Part shown: positions 28,558 through 38,867 of the stretch, one piece after another
How positions within the stretch are numbered: position 1 is the first letter of the stretch
Layout: the number at the start of each line of letters is the position of its first letter
NCBI GenBank assembly: GCA_903927905.1
Contig: CAIYOY010000383.1
Coordinates: 2,080 to 66,079, forward strand
Source of the DNA: an uncultured Verrucomicrobiales bacterium
GTDB lineage: Bacteria > Verrucomicrobiota > Verrucomicrobiia > Limisphaerales > Palsa-1400
Length of the DNA: 64,000 bases
Direction: 5' to 3'
Notes under the pieces: generated by a model
Seen by the model: only the letters and a program-made list of their open reading frames with translations
Told to the model about the DNA's origin: nothing
The model's database searches: none
Program-made: the position numbers and the translations under genes

Positions 28558-29808
28558 TCAATTATTTTCCTTGGGAGTAACCAGCGGGCCGGACTTCACC
28601 TTGTCCACCTGATTCGTCGGCTTCGTCTTGAAGGCCGAGCGCAATAGCCAGTGGCGTTTCAAACCTTCCACCAAGCCATCAGTATGAACGATGGCGTCAG
28701 AAATGTTTTTCACCAGATTCGTGTTGGCCGCGACTTGCGTGTTCAAGTTGCTGGTCAGGCTGGCCAGGTTGATGAGCGATTGATCCAGTTCGGTCGCCAG
28801 CGTGGTCAAGTTGGTGTCGGCGCTGTCAAGCGTGGCGTGGGCGGAAGTCAGGGTGTCGTTGGCTTTGGCCAGGGTTTGTTCCAATTGCGCGTGGAGATTG
28901 GTCGGAATCAACCACTCGCCCAGCGAACCATGCGGGTCGCGCAAGTTGGCGGTGATGACGTTGAGATTCGAGACGACCGTTTGCGCATTGAGCATGGTGG
29001 CTTGAGCCGTGGCGGCGGCACCACTGGCATTGGTCAACAAACCGGACACTTGATTGGTTAACCTCAGGAAATTGGGCAAGGCCGCCTCGACCGCCGAAAC
29101 CAGGGCTTCCAGGCGCTCGGTCAGGGCCGCAGATTCGAGCGGAGCGATCCAGTAAGGTTTCGCCCCGGCGAGGTTGGTGTAAAAATGTTCCGGTTGTTCC
29201 TTGATGATTTTGTTCAAGGCGTTGGTGGCTTCCAGGGCGATGGTATGAGGATTGTATTCAGCGTCTTCGGTGTTGGCCTCCTCCGCTTTCTTGTCCTTTT
29301 CCAAAATTTGCTCGGACAGTTTTTTATACTCATCACGAACCGCCGAGTGGATCAAAACGGAGACATTGCCATTGGTGTCCGTTCGGACCGTCGCATCGCC
29401 GGTTTGTCCTTTGACGATTTCCAGATAACGATTGCCGAGGAAATCCGAAGGGGCCACCCGCACGCGTGAATCCAACCAGATGTATCCGTAGTACGGCTCT
29501 TTGATCCAAAAGGAAACGGTCACGCCATAATAGGCATCGGGCGGCTCAGTATCGATCTTGGTGATTTCACCGACGTCAAACCCCATGAGTTTTACCGTGT
29601 TGCCGACCTTGATGCCGGTGGCGTTGTTCAGGCTGGTGGAATATTTCACCTTGGTGTCGAACCACCCCTTGCTTTGAGCGCGATTATGCAGATAGTAGGC
29701 AAAGCCGGCGATGAGAATGACGGTGGCTAAAATGATGAACCAGCCGACGGCGCGTTCCACCCGGCTGAGCCGGGTGCGCAATTGCGGAGTTAAGTCTTGT
29801 AGAGCCAT
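28558..29808 (-). CDS. MlaD/MCE-domain protein with long helical C-terminus
   Basis: N-terminal TM, ATGIKVGNTVKLMGFDVGEI, FLGNRYLEI and a coiled coil; third gene of the ABC operon. Confidence 0.85.
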   Translation of the reverse strand: MALQDLTPQLRTRLSRVERAVGWFIILATVILIAGFAYYLHNRAQSKGWFDTKVKYSTSLNNATGIKVGNTVKLMGFDVGEITKIDTEPPDAYYGVTVSFWIKEPYYGYIWLDSRVRVAPSDFLGNRYLEIVKGQTGDATVRTDTNGNVSVLIHSAVRDEYKKLSEQILEKDKKAEEANTEDAEYNPHTIALEATNALNKIIKEQPEHFYTNLAGAKPYWIAPLESAALTERLEALVSAVEAALPNFLRLTNQVSGLLTNASGAAATAQATMLNAQTVVSNLNVITANLRDPHGSLGEWLIPTNLHAQLEQTLAKANDTLTSAHATLDSADTNLTTLATELDQSLINLASLTSNLNTQVAANTNLVKNISDAIVHTDGLVEGLKRHWLLRSAFKTKPTNQVDKVKSGPLVTPKENN

Positions 29809-29814
29809 GATTTT

Positions 29815-29842
29815 ATTGCGGATTGCAGATTGCGGATTGGGG
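29815..29842 (-). repeat. 7-bp array (CAATCCG)n, intergenic copy
   Basis: attgcgg attgcag attgcgg attgggg. Confidence 0.8.
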
Positions 29843-29863
29843 AATAAACGTTGAATATTTCAT

Positions 29864-30622
29864 TTAAGTTTCCTCTGAGGGCAGGTCGTAGATGTCATCA
29901 AGATTTTTCAATTCATTGCGTCCACCGACGACTTGCCATCGTTGATCGCGGAGCAGGGCGAATTGCCGGCCGGAATCGGACCACGGCGCGACATCGTTGG
30001 TGGCGACGACCAACGTGGTTTTTTTGGCCGATAGTTGCGCGAGAAAATCGAGCCACCACCGGCGATGTTTCGGTTCCAGCCCGGCCAGAGGCTCGTCCAA
30101 CAATAACAATTCCGGTTGGAGCGCGAGGGCACGGGCCAGGCCGACGCGTTGCCGCCAGTTAATTCCCAGGTTGGAAGTGGTGCTTTTGGCAAATTCCGCC
30201 AAGCCGGTCAATTCGAGCAATTGTTCGACCACGGCGGGAATTTTTTCTTCTTCACCAAGGCCGTGATATTGCAATGGCAGGGCGACATTCTCGGCCACGG
30301 TCAGATGGGAAAACATGCGTCCGCCGTTTTTGAAAACCAGCCCCGTGCGGAGACGTTGTTTGAGCAGTTCATCTTCGTCCAAGGCATAAAGATCCTGCCC
30401 AAAAATCCGAAACTCGCCCGCCGCCGGGCGTTGCAAACCGGCGGTGGTCGCCAGCAAATCGCTTTTGCCCGAGGCATGAGCGCCGCCGATGACCCAAAAT
30501 TCGCCGCCTCCCACTTTCCAATCCATGCCCTTGATTTGCACTTGGGCAGTTTGCAGTGAGGTCACATCGGCCTGGATGGCCTCAATCAATGGAGCATGGT
30601 TGGCGATGTTTTCCACAATCAA
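29864..30622 (-). CDS. MlaF-like ABC transporter ATPase (degenerate signature)
   Basis: Walker A GAHASGKS and Walker B LLLLDEP. The signature reads LGINW rather than LSGGQ, and ATND replaces the H-loop. Confidence 0.8.
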   Translation of the reverse strand: MIVENIANHAPLIEAIQADVTSLQTAQVQIKGMDWKVGGGEFWVIGGAHASGKSDLLATTAGLQRPAAGEFRIFGQDLYALDEDELLKQRLRTGLVFKNGGRMFSHLTVAENVALPLQYHGLGEEEKIPAVVEQLLELTGLAEFAKSTTSNLGINWRQRVGLARALALQPELLLLDEPLAGLEPKHRRWWLDFLAQLSAKKTTLVVATNDVAPWSDSGRQFALLRDQRWQVVGGRNELKNLDDIYDLPSEET

Positions 30623-31503
30623 ATGGCCAGGTAAAAAATGATGAACAAAGCGTCAAGCAAAACGGCGGCGACAACGCATTTGACCACGGCGCGGGTGGTG
30701 GCGCCGGAAACTTCCTCCAATTGCAACGGTTGCGCCAGGCCTTCATACGAGGTGACGAGGGCGATGATGACGCCGAAGGAACACGTCTTGAGCGCCAGCA
30801 GGACAAAATCTTCCCAGAGCAACGCGCCGGCCAGTTGTTTAAAATAATCGCCGGGCAGAATCGGCACTTCTTGCAAGAAGGCGAACAGGTAACCGCTGAT
30901 CAAGGCGAACAGAATCAGATAGATGGTCAGGGCGAAAGTGGCCAGCGCCAACCCGATGACCCGCGGGACCACGAGATAATGCACCGGATCAATCCCGAGC
31001 GCCTCCAGTGCTTCCACTTCACCCAGAGCGCGCGCCGTGCCCAGCTCAATGACGTTGGCCGTGCCGATGCGGGCAAGAACCAGGAGGGCGGCGAGAATCG
31101 GGCCAAGCTCCCGCACGACCACTGTCACCATCACGGTGCCGAGCAAATTTTGTACTCCAAAACGGCTGGTGAGAAAAACTGTCTGACCAATGACCACCAG
31201 GCCCAAAGCCGCCGCCAGAAAAATAACCATGGGCATCAGGCGCACTCCCGCCCGGGTGATCTGCTTGCGGATCAATGGATGGATCAACGATCGGGAATCA
31301 TTATATTTGGTCACCGCAACCCCCAACGTGATCAACAAAAACGCCGTCAACCCCCGAACCGTCTCAATAAACCGAAAGACCTTATGCCCCACAGACGACA
31401 TAAAAGAGCGCGGCAGCGTGCCGAAGGCGGGAACCTTCGGAAACTCGACTGCTGGCAAATTATTTGGCACAAGAAAGATTAATCCATCAATCGGAGGCTT
31501 CAA
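30619..31503 (-). CDS. MlaE-family ABC permease
   Basis: VVRELGPILAALLVLARIG, ELG...EVEALEALGIDPVHYLVVPR and ATTRAVV. The true start may be downstream. Confidence 0.9.
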   Translation of the reverse strand: MKPPIDGLIFLVPNNLPAVEFPKVPAFGTLPRSFMSSVGHKVFRFIETVRGLTAFLLITLGVAVTKYNDSRSLIHPLIRKQITRAGVRLMPMVIFLAAALGLVVIGQTVFLTSRFGVQNLLGTVMVTVVVRELGPILAALLVLARIGTANVIELGTARALGEVEALEALGIDPVHYLVVPRVIGLALATFALTIYLILFALISGYLFAFLQEVPILPGDYFKQLAGALLWEDFVLLALKTCSFGVIIALVTSYEGLAQPLQLEEVSGATTRAVVKCVVAAVLLDALFIIFYLAI

Positions 31504-31622
31504 GGGAGGATTTTGCGATATTGTTTGTCACGTTTTCCTGTTCGGCGGACACTTATAAGGGTGAAGGAAACAACACATTTACAAATTAACAGTTGTATCC
31601 GGCCGGTGCGGACTCGTAATTT

Positions 31623-31991
31623 ATGATTGTGATGCGGCGGAGCATTTTCATGGCAATGATTTTCAGTTTGTTTCTGGCGGCTTGCGGTCGCAATTCCGCC
31701 GCGTTGCCGCCGGCCAACCCGGAACAATTGCGCCTCGATTGCATTCATTTGCTTAGTCAGCCGGAAGGCGAAATAGCATCGGACAAATGGGCCAGATCCA
31801 TCACGGCCTTGAAACCGTTGGAGGTCTCCCGCGACGCCGATCACATCGTCATCACGCAACAGCACGAGGACGGGCGGTTCAGCCGGGGTTACTATGTTTA
31901 TGCCGATCCCCAGACGATTCCACCGGGCAAAGGGGTCTGGATCCAAAAGACCGAGTGGAAAGGCATTTATATTTATAAGACGCAATACTGA
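31623..31991 (+). CDS. Hypothetical lipoprotein
   Basis: Lipobox LAAC after a hydrophobic stretch; its stop abuts the next gene. Confidence 0.6.
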   Translation: MIVMRRSIFMAMIFSLFLAACGRNSAALPPANPEQLRLDCIHLLSQPEGEIASDKWARSITALKPLEVSRDADHIVITQQHEDGRFSRGYYVYADPQTIPPGKGVWIQKTEWKGIYIYKTQY

Positions 31992-32849
31992 GTGAAACGA
32001 ACCGAGACAAATCAAAACAAAGTGAGACAAAGCGAGACAAGGCGCGGGTTCACGCTGATTGAACTGCTGGTGGTCATCGCCATCATCGGGATTCTCGCCG
32101 CTTTGCTCTTGTCCGCCCTGGCGACGGCCAAAGACAAGGGGGTGCGCACGGCCTGTCTCAACAATCAAAAACAAATCTGCCTGGGCGGGCAGATTTATGC
32201 GGACGACGACAAAAAACACGCGTTCAACGGCACCGCCAATTTCAAGGAAGACGACTTGAACTGGGCATTCCCCGCGTATGTGCCCAACTTGAAAACGTTC
32301 ACCTGCCCCGCCACCCAGAATAAATTAGTTGACAGTCGCCAGCCCGTTCCGGCCGTTTATCCCACGCCCGGCGAAGATTGGAGCGGGATGACTTACAGCG
32401 AACGGCTTCACGGCAACACTTTCATCGTGCCCGATCTCCAGCAAATCAATCCCGACGGCCGCGTCGGAACCTCCGGCGGCACCAGTTATGAAATGGCCGG
32501 CTATTTGCACGGCTCGTGGTCATTGAACGAAAATAATGTCCGCAAAACCCAGTCCACGGTGACCGGTTACATTTACCAACTGGACAACAGCGGCGGTGAG
32601 TTTGCCGAATTTAATTTCCTCGGCCAAGCCGGCGGCCCGGCGGATATGTGGACTTGTTACGATGCGGACGATCCCGGCTTCGGCGATGACAGCCGACCGA
32701 ATAATGATTATCCCGATCCGGGCGATAACCACGGAATACGCGGGGAGAACGTCGGTTTTTGCGATGGCCATGCCATCTGGGTGCCGCGAAGCGGTTATCT
32801 GCGCAGTTGGTTTCGCGGGACGGATGAGAGTCACCAGCCGATCCAATAA
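31992..32849 (+). CDS. Prepilin-type N-terminal cleavage / H-X9-DG domain protein
   Basis: [35 protein letters not shown] and [16 protein letters not shown]. Confidence 0.9.
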   Translation: MKRTETNQNKVRQSETRRGFTLIELLVVIAIIGILAALLLSALATAKDKGVRTACLNNQKQICLGGQIYADDDKKHAFNGTANFKEDDLNWAFPAYVPNLKTFTCPATQNKLVDSRQPVPAVYPTPGEDWSGMTYSERLHGNTFIVPDLQQINPDGRVGTSGGTSYEMAGYLHGSWSLNENNVRKTQSTVTGYIYQLDNSGGEFAEFNFLGQAGGPADMWTCYDADDPGFGDDSRPNNDYPDPGDNHGIRGENVGFCDGHAIWVPRSGYLRSWFRGTDESHQPIQ

Positions 32850-32851
32850 GG

Positions 32852-33007
32852 TAGTGTCCTAATTTAAAAAGCGAAGACAAAGTCAGCGCTACGCGGAGAG
32901 ATTACTCGACCTCACCCCGGCCCTCTCCTCCGAGGAGGGAGAATTTATCGCCGTCGCGGTTAGCATTTTATGCGGGCTGCCTATTTAAACATCAAATTAG
33001 GACACTA
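32852..33007. mobile_element. MITE-like element with 14-bp perfect terminal inverted repeats
   Basis: TAGTGTCCTAATTT ... AAATTAGGACACTA, TA at both ends, no coding capacity, internal palindromic repeat. Confidence 0.6.
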
Positions 33008-33082
33008 TCTCCAATAACGAAGCATTGGCAATGGGCGGTTTTTGGGTTTAAATGACGGGGCGCGCACCCAACGCGCACTAAA

Positions 33083-36000
33083 TTGAACCAGATTCTTCAG
33101 ATCGCAGGACTGTTGTGTCTTGTTATTTTGGCGGCGATGGCCTGGACGGCCGCCCTCCGAAAACAAGTCCGCCGCCAAACCGATTTATTACGGGAACAGT
33201 TGCGCCGTGAATTGACGCTGGCTGAGCTCGGCCAGAAACTTTCCTGCGCCGACACGGCCCTGAGCGCCGCCCGCATCATCGTGGAAACCGCCGACCAGTT
33301 GCTGGGCTGGGATGCCTGCGCAGTTTATCTTTATCTGAACGATAAAAATAAAATCGAGCCGATCCTTAACGTGGATCTGGTGGAAGGAAAGCGAGCGGAT
33401 GTGCCCAGCACTTATGACGGAGGCGATCCCAGCCCGATGGCGCGCGAGGTCGTTGAAATGGGGCCACGCCTCATCCTGCGCGACAAAACCAAAACCGCCG
33501 CGGGCCAGTCTTTGAAATCTTTTGGCGATGCGGGCAAAAAATCGGCCTCGCTTATGTTCGTGCCGATGCACGACGGGCCAAGGGTCATCGGTGTCCTGTC
33601 CATCCAGAGTTATCAATTCAATTTTTACGATCAGACGAAACTTCACCTGCTCCAATCCCTGGCCGACCATTGCGCCGGCGCGCTCGAACGCATCCGCGCG
33701 CGCGAGGCGTTGAAACTGGCCTACGACAAACTGGAATCGCTGGCCGCTGATCAACAGGCGGAACTTCATCGGTCGAATACCTGGTTGCAACAGGAATTCC
33801 TCGAACGCCGCGATACCCAGGCGGCGTTGACCGCCGGGCAGCATTTGCTGGACGCGCTCCTGGATAACGTGCCCGACCTGATTTATTTTAAAGATTCCGA
33901 CGGACGGTTCACCCGCATCAACCGCGCCGGCCTGCGCAAACTCGGCCGCGAGGAGGAAAAAGATGTGCTGGGCAAGACGGACTTCGATTTCCTTCAACCC
34001 GAATATGCCCAAGCCGCCGAAGCGGACGAAAAGGAAGTCATGCGCAGCGGAATTTCCATGCTGGACAAGGAAGAGCATGAATTCTGGCTCGACGGCCTGG
34101 AAAGCTGGGTCGTCACCACCAAAATGCCGCTGCGGGACAAAAACGGCGTCATCGTCGGCACCTTCGGCATCAGCCGCGACATCACCGCGCGCAAACGGGT
34201 GGAACTGGCCCTGGCCAAGCACGAAGCGGAGCAGCGGATGATATTTGACTCCGTCCCGGCCATGATCTGTTACAAGGACACGCACAACACCAATCTCCGG
34301 GTCAACAAATTCGCCGCCGAATTGATCGGTCTGCTGGCGGACCAGATCGAAGGCCGCAGTGATTTTGATCTGATGCCGCAATACGCGGAACAATATTATC
34401 GCGACGACTTGGAAGTGATCGAATCCGGCCAACCCAAACTCGCCATCATCCAACCCTATGTCCGGGCCAGCGGCGAGACCCGCTGGCTGCAAACGGATAA
34501 GATTCCGTATTGCGATCCCGATGGCAAGGTGGTCGGGGTGATCGTTTTCGCCACCGACATCACCGAGCGCAAGCTGTTTGATGAAGCGCTGCAAAAAGCC
34601 AACGACGACCTGGAACGACGCATCGAAGAACGCACCGCCAAGCTCTCGCGGGCGGTGGCCTTGCTAAAACAGGAAATTGCGGAACGCCGCCAGGTGGAGG
34701 TTCGGAACGAAGCCTTGTCCCACTTGGGCCAGCAATTAAGCCTGGCCACCGACTCGGTCGCCGCCGGTCATATCATTCTGGACGTGGCCGACCGGCTCCT
34801 GGGCTGGGACGCTTCTTATCTGCACCTGTTCACCCCGGACTTGAAACAGAACGTGCCCATCCTGATGTACGATCTGATTGACGGGAAGCGAACGGAAGTG
34901 GAGGACAAGGACATCGAATTTTCCGCGCGCGACCGGCGCACCATCGAACACGGGGCCGAACTGGTCAACACCCCTTCCACCGGGACACTTCCTTTTGGCA
35001 GCCCCAGGCGCACTCCTTCACGCCTCTACGTGCCGATCCGCAACGGCGCCAAAGTCATCGGCGTGATGTCGGCCCAAAGTTACACCGAAAATGCTTATGA
35101 CAAGGAGGATTTAAACATCCTGCAAGCCCTGGCCGATTTTTGCGCCGGAACGCTGGAGCGCATCCAGGCCGAGCAATCGCTCCGCCATTCCGAGGAACGT
35201 TTTTCCAAGGCTTTCCGCTCCAGCCCCATGCCCATGACCTTGAGCAATCAGGACCGGGGCACCTTCCTGGATGTCAATGACAGCCTGTTGCGTTTCCTGG
35301 GTTACACCCGCGAGGAAATGCTGGGCCGAAACGCGTTCGATCTGGGCATTTGGTTCCGACCGGAAGATCGCGCTGTCATGATTTCGCTGTTGCAGGAAAA
35401 AAATTCCGTGCGCGAATGGCCCACGCAGATGCGCACCAAAACCGGCGCGGTGCGCGACGTGATCATTTCCGTTGAGCCGATGGATTTCGCCGGCCAGCCG
35501 AATATCCTGTCCATCATTCAAGACGTGACCGAACGGCTCAACCTGGAGGCCCAATTGCGTCAGTCGCAAAAAATGGAGGCCGTCGGCCAATTGGCGGCAG
35601 GGGTGGCCCATGATTTCAATAACATCCTGACCATCATCCAGGGCCATGCCGGCATGTTGCAACAAGTCCGCAATCTGCCGGAAAATATCAGCCGCTCGCT
35701 CACCCAGATTTCGGCGGCGGCGGATCGCGCCGGTTCGCTCACCCGCCAATTGCTCACTTTCAGCCGCAAACAGGTGATGCAACCCCGGCAGCTCGATTTG
35801 AACGCCGTCGTCGGCAACGCCGCGCAAATGTTGCAACGTCTGCTCGGTGAAAACATCACGCTCCACTTCGATTATTCCGCGTCGCTGCCTCCCATCCAGG
35901 CCGACCCTGGCATGATGGAACAAATCATTGTCAACCTCGCGGTCAATGCGCGCGATGCCATGATCGCCGGCGGGAAACTCAGCATCAGCACCCAGTCGGT

Positions 36001-36694
36001 GATGGTGGATGACGAAAATATCCGGCGCAACCGCGAGGCCCGCACCGGTCGTTTTGTTTGCCTGCGCGTGGCCGACAACGGTTCCGGCATGGATGAAGCC
36101 ACGCTGGGCCGCATCTTCGAGCCGTTCTTCACCACTAAACAAGTCGGCAAAGGAACCGGTCTGGGATTGGCCACGGTCTATGGCATTGTCAAGCAACATC
36201 AGGGGTGGATCGAAGTCACCAGCACGCCGGGTCAGGGAACTGTTTTTCATATCTATTTTCCAGCCAGCACTCTGGCCCCGGTGCCCACCGCCGAGGCGGC
36301 GGCAGCGGTCGCGCCCAAAGGCGGGACCGAAACCATCCTGGTGGTGGAAGACGAATTCACCCTGCGCGAACTGGTGCGCAATCTCCTTCAACATTTTGGT
36401 TATCGCATCCTGGAAGCCGCCAACGGCCCGGAAGCCCTGAAAGTCTGGCGCGCTCATCGCTCGGAAATAAGCCTTATGTTGACTGACATGATGATGCCGG
36501 AGGGACTTTCCGGCTGGGAACTGGCCAAGCGCATTCACCAGGAACAACCCGATCTGAAAGTCATTTACACCAGCGGTTACAGTGTGGATTTATTCGGCGA
36601 AAACCGGGAATTGCGTGAAGGCGCGAACTTCCTGCCCAAGCCCTATCATCCCGTCACCCTGGCCAAGGCCATCCGTGATTGCCTGGATTCTTGA
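33083..36694 (+). CDS. Hybrid histidine kinase TM-GAF-PAS-PAS-GAF-PAS-HisKA-HATPase-REC
   Basis: IGVLSIQSY (GAF), [10 protein letters not shown] (PAC), [41 protein letters not shown] and LTDMMMP. Confidence 0.92.
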   Translation: MNQILQIAGLLCLVILAAMAWTAALRKQVRRQTDLLREQLRRELTLAELGQKLSCADTALSAARIIVETADQLLGWDACAVYLYLNDKNKIEPILNVDLVEGKRADVPSTYDGGDPSPMAREVVEMGPRLILRDKTKTAAGQSLKSFGDAGKKSASLMFVPMHDGPRVIGVLSIQSYQFNFYDQTKLHLLQSLADHCAGALERIRAREALKLAYDKLESLAADQQAELHRSNTWLQQEFLERRDTQAALTAGQHLLDALLDNVPDLIYFKDSDGRFTRINRAGLRKLGREEEKDVLGKTDFDFLQPEYAQAAEADEKEVMRSGISMLDKEEHEFWLDGLESWVVTTKMPLRDKNGVIVGTFGISRDITARKRVELALAKHEAEQRMIFDSVPAMICYKDTHNTNLRVNKFAAELIGLLADQIEGRSDFDLMPQYAEQYYRDDLEVIESGQPKLAIIQPYVRASGETRWLQTDKIPYCDPDGKVVGVIVFATDITERKLFDEALQKANDDLERRIEERTAKLSRAVALLKQEIAERRQVEVRNEALSHLGQQLSLATDSVAAGHIILDVADRLLGWDASYLHLFTPDLKQNVPILMYDLIDGKRTEVEDKDIEFSARDRRTIEHGAELVNTPSTGTLPFGSPRRTPSRLYVPIRNGAKVIGVMSAQSYTENAYDKEDLNILQALADFCAGTLERIQAEQSLRHSEERFSKAFRSSPMPMTLSNQDRGTFLDVNDSLLRFLGYTREEMLGRNAFDLGIWFRPEDRAVMISLLQEKNSVREWPTQMRTKTGAVRDVIISVEPMDFAGQPNILSIIQDVTERLNLEAQLRQSQKMEAVGQLAAGVAHDFNNILTIIQGHAGMLQQVRNLPENISRSLTQISAAADRAGSLTRQLLTFSRKQVMQPRQLDLNAVVGNAAQMLQRLLGENITLHFDYSASLPPIQADPGMMEQIIVNLAVNARDAMIAGGKLSISTQSVMVDDENIRRNREARTGRFVCLRVADNGSGMDEATLGRIFEPFFTTKQVGKGTGLGLATVYGIVKQHQGWIEVTSTPGQGTVFHIYFPASTLAPVPTAEAAAAVAPKGGTETILVVEDEFTLRELVRNLLQHFGYRILEAANGPEALKVWRAHRSEISLMLTDMMMPEGLSGWELAKRIHQEQPDLKVIYTSGYSVDLFGENRELREGANFLPKPYHPVTLAKAIRDCLDS

Positions 36695-36733
36695 TTCTAT
36701 GGGCTCTGTATATCATCCAGCCCTTGCCATAGC

Positions 36734-37579
36734 ATGAAATCACCGGCACCAGTAAAAGGGTTTACGCTGATTGAATTGCTCGTGGTTATTGCCATCATCG
36801 CCATTTTGGCGGCCATGTTGTTGCCGACCTTGGCCTCGGCCAAACATAAGAGTCGGGACATCAAGTGTGTCAATAACTTGAAACAGATTACGTTGGCGGG
36901 GCTAATGTACATGAACGAGACGGGGCGAACCATCGTGGCTTGTACTACAAATGATTCGCGCGAGTGGGTGGACCGTTTGGCTCACTATGGATTATCGAGC
37001 AATCTCCTTATTTGTCCCACTACTCAGCCAAAGCCTGGCCAAGCGCCCGGAGCTAACGCGCCAGGATCAGCCAGCCAAACCTGGGATGCCTGGCCACCGA
37101 ATACGCCACTTACCAGTGGCAGCTACGGCATGAACGGCTGGCTTTTTTCATGGGATCCGAGTATAACAAGCATTAACTCGGGTTGGAGTTATCCGCCGCC
37201 TTTTCAAGTCGGCAATAATCCGCAATTTACCTTCACCACACCGAATTCGATCAAAATACCAACGCAGACACCCTTCTTTAATGATGCGATTTGGTGGAAT
37301 GAATGGCCATTTGAGACTGACCAACCTGCTCCAGACCTTTCTCAAGGAGCGGCTGCCAACATTACCGGCATGCAACGCTGCACCATCTGGCGGCATGGCG
37401 GCGGAAAAACCGCGACGGCACCCACACCAGTCAAACATACCATTTTGGGCTCGGTGTTGCCTAATGAGGCTGCCATCAATATTGGCTTTGCCGACGGCCA
37501 TGTGCAACAGACCAAACTCAAAGACCTCTGGACCCTCTATTGGCACGATCAGTGGAAGGCCCGGACTCAGCCGCCATGA
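36734..37579 (+). CDS. Prepilin-type N-terminal cleavage / H-X9-DG-like domain protein
   Basis: [37 protein letters not shown] and RH...[10 protein letters not shown]. Confidence 0.9.
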   Translation: MKSPAPVKGFTLIELLVVIAIIAILAAMLLPTLASAKHKSRDIKCVNNLKQITLAGLMYMNETGRTIVACTTNDSREWVDRLAHYGLSSNLLICPTTQPKPGQAPGANAPGSASQTWDAWPPNTPLTSGSYGMNGWLFSWDPSITSINSGWSYPPPFQVGNNPQFTFTTPNSIKIPTQTPFFNDAIWWNEWPFETDQPAPDLSQGAAANITGMQRCTIWRHGGGKTATAPTPVKHTILGSVLPNEAAINIGFADGHVQQTKLKDLWTLYWHDQWKARTQPP

Positions 37580-37665
37580 ACATGATTTACTTTGTAGAAA
37601 ACATCGAGAACAGGCCGCTGAAGCTGTTCACCATAACCAAGCCGCCCCGCCACTGGGATTGAAAA

Positions 37666-37700
37666 ATAGCCGATAGATGATAGACGATAGCCAATAGACG
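37666..37700. repeat. 7-bp array (ATAGACG-like), five copies
   Basis: atagccg atagatg atagacg atagcca atagacg. Confidence 0.75.
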
Positions 37701-37737
37701 GCAAAAGGGATAAAGGTTTCTACAAAGCAAACATGCT

Positions 37738-38556
37738 TCAAGCTGCCACCAACGAAACTTTATATTTCTTGGCCAACTCCGCCACCGCTTCCGTTTCCAA
37801 AATCAACGTCTTGCCTGGCTCAAAGGCCAGCACGGAAATTTTTGCCGTGTGACAGGTCTCGACCGTTTTCGGCCCAAGACATGGAATATCAAAACGCAGG
37901 TCATGCTTCTCTTTGGCCACCTTCACCGCCACCGCGCCGCCGTTCGGGCCGGCCAGTTCGCCCCCGCGTTGCAGGCAGGCGTCTGTCCCTTCAAAGCCTT
38001 CCACCGCCAGCACGGTTCCAGATTTCACCACCACGGTCTGGCCGATTTCCAATCGCGAACTTTCCTTGGCCAATCGAAAACCAAATGCCACTTCTTGTTT
38101 TTGCGTCGCGGTTAATTTTGGGCCCAACGCAAAACCCGCTCCCGCCATCAGCGGTTGCAGCCAGGGTAGCGGTTCAATCAATTCAATCCCGTCTTTTTTC
38201 ATTTCCTCGGCGATCCCGCCAAAAATGGTGTGCGCGTTCTTTTCCTTCAATCGCATCATTAGGGTCATCGCGCGCAGATCCGGGCGCAGATCGAAAAGGT
38301 TTTTGGGCGCGATCTGGCCGAGCATGACACATTGTTGCACTTTGCCTTGCTTGAGCGCGCTGATCATCTTACCCAGTTGCCCCACCTTGACCCAGGTGAT
38401 CTCATCCACCAGCTTCGCCAGGGCGGGATCGGTTTCGCCGTCAAACGCCACCGCGACCAATCGTTTCACGCCGAGCGCGCGGGCTTGTTGGGCGAAGAGC
38501 AAGGGCAGTGAACGGTTCCCGGCGATGATCCCGATGGTTTCAATAGATGGCGGCAC
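37738..38556 (-). CDS. lpxI: UDP-2,3-diacylglucosamine diphosphatase LpxI
   Basis: IGIIAGNRSLP, EIGQTVVV, LAVEGFEGTD and DLRFDIPCLGPKT. Confidence 0.9.
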   Translation of the reverse strand: MPPSIETIGIIAGNRSLPLLFAQQARALGVKRLVAVAFDGETDPALAKLVDEITWVKVGQLGKMISALKQGKVQQCVMLGQIAPKNLFDLRPDLRAMTLMMRLKEKNAHTIFGGIAEEMKKDGIELIEPLPWLQPLMAGAGFALGPKLTATQKQEVAFGFRLAKESSRLEIGQTVVVKSGTVLAVEGFEGTDACLQRGGELAGPNGGAVAVKVAKEKHDLRFDIPCLGPKTVETCHTAKISVLAFEPGKTLILETEAVAELAKKYKVSLVAA

Positions 38557-38605
38557 AAAACAGAATTAGCCATACTTCGCGGGGGGGAGCAACTATTTAG
38601 GGTGT

Positions 38606-38750
38606 GATTTTAAGTGCCGATCAAGAGGGCATGGTCCGAACAAAGGCCTCGGGTAAATTTTCACCGGTCAGCAGCGCGCCACCCGCTGCGACTGGTCCCC
38701 CACCCCCACACAGTCGCGCTCCGTCCGAAAATTGACCGGCACTTACAATC
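38606..38750. mobile_element. MITE-like element with imperfect 19-bp terminal inverted repeats and an internal REP-like hairpin
   Basis: GATTTTAAGTGCCGATCAA ... TTGACCGGCACTTACAATC match 17/19; internal GCGACTG...CAGTCGC. Confidence 0.5.
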
Positions 38751-38867
38751 GCCTGCAACCATTTAAGCGCTTCTTTTTTATCTGATTGAAGCCGGGCCGC
38801 TTTTCGGTAAGAATCCTGCTGATCACATTACGTCTCAAGTCTGCGAAGTCTTGGGGCGAATGAACTT

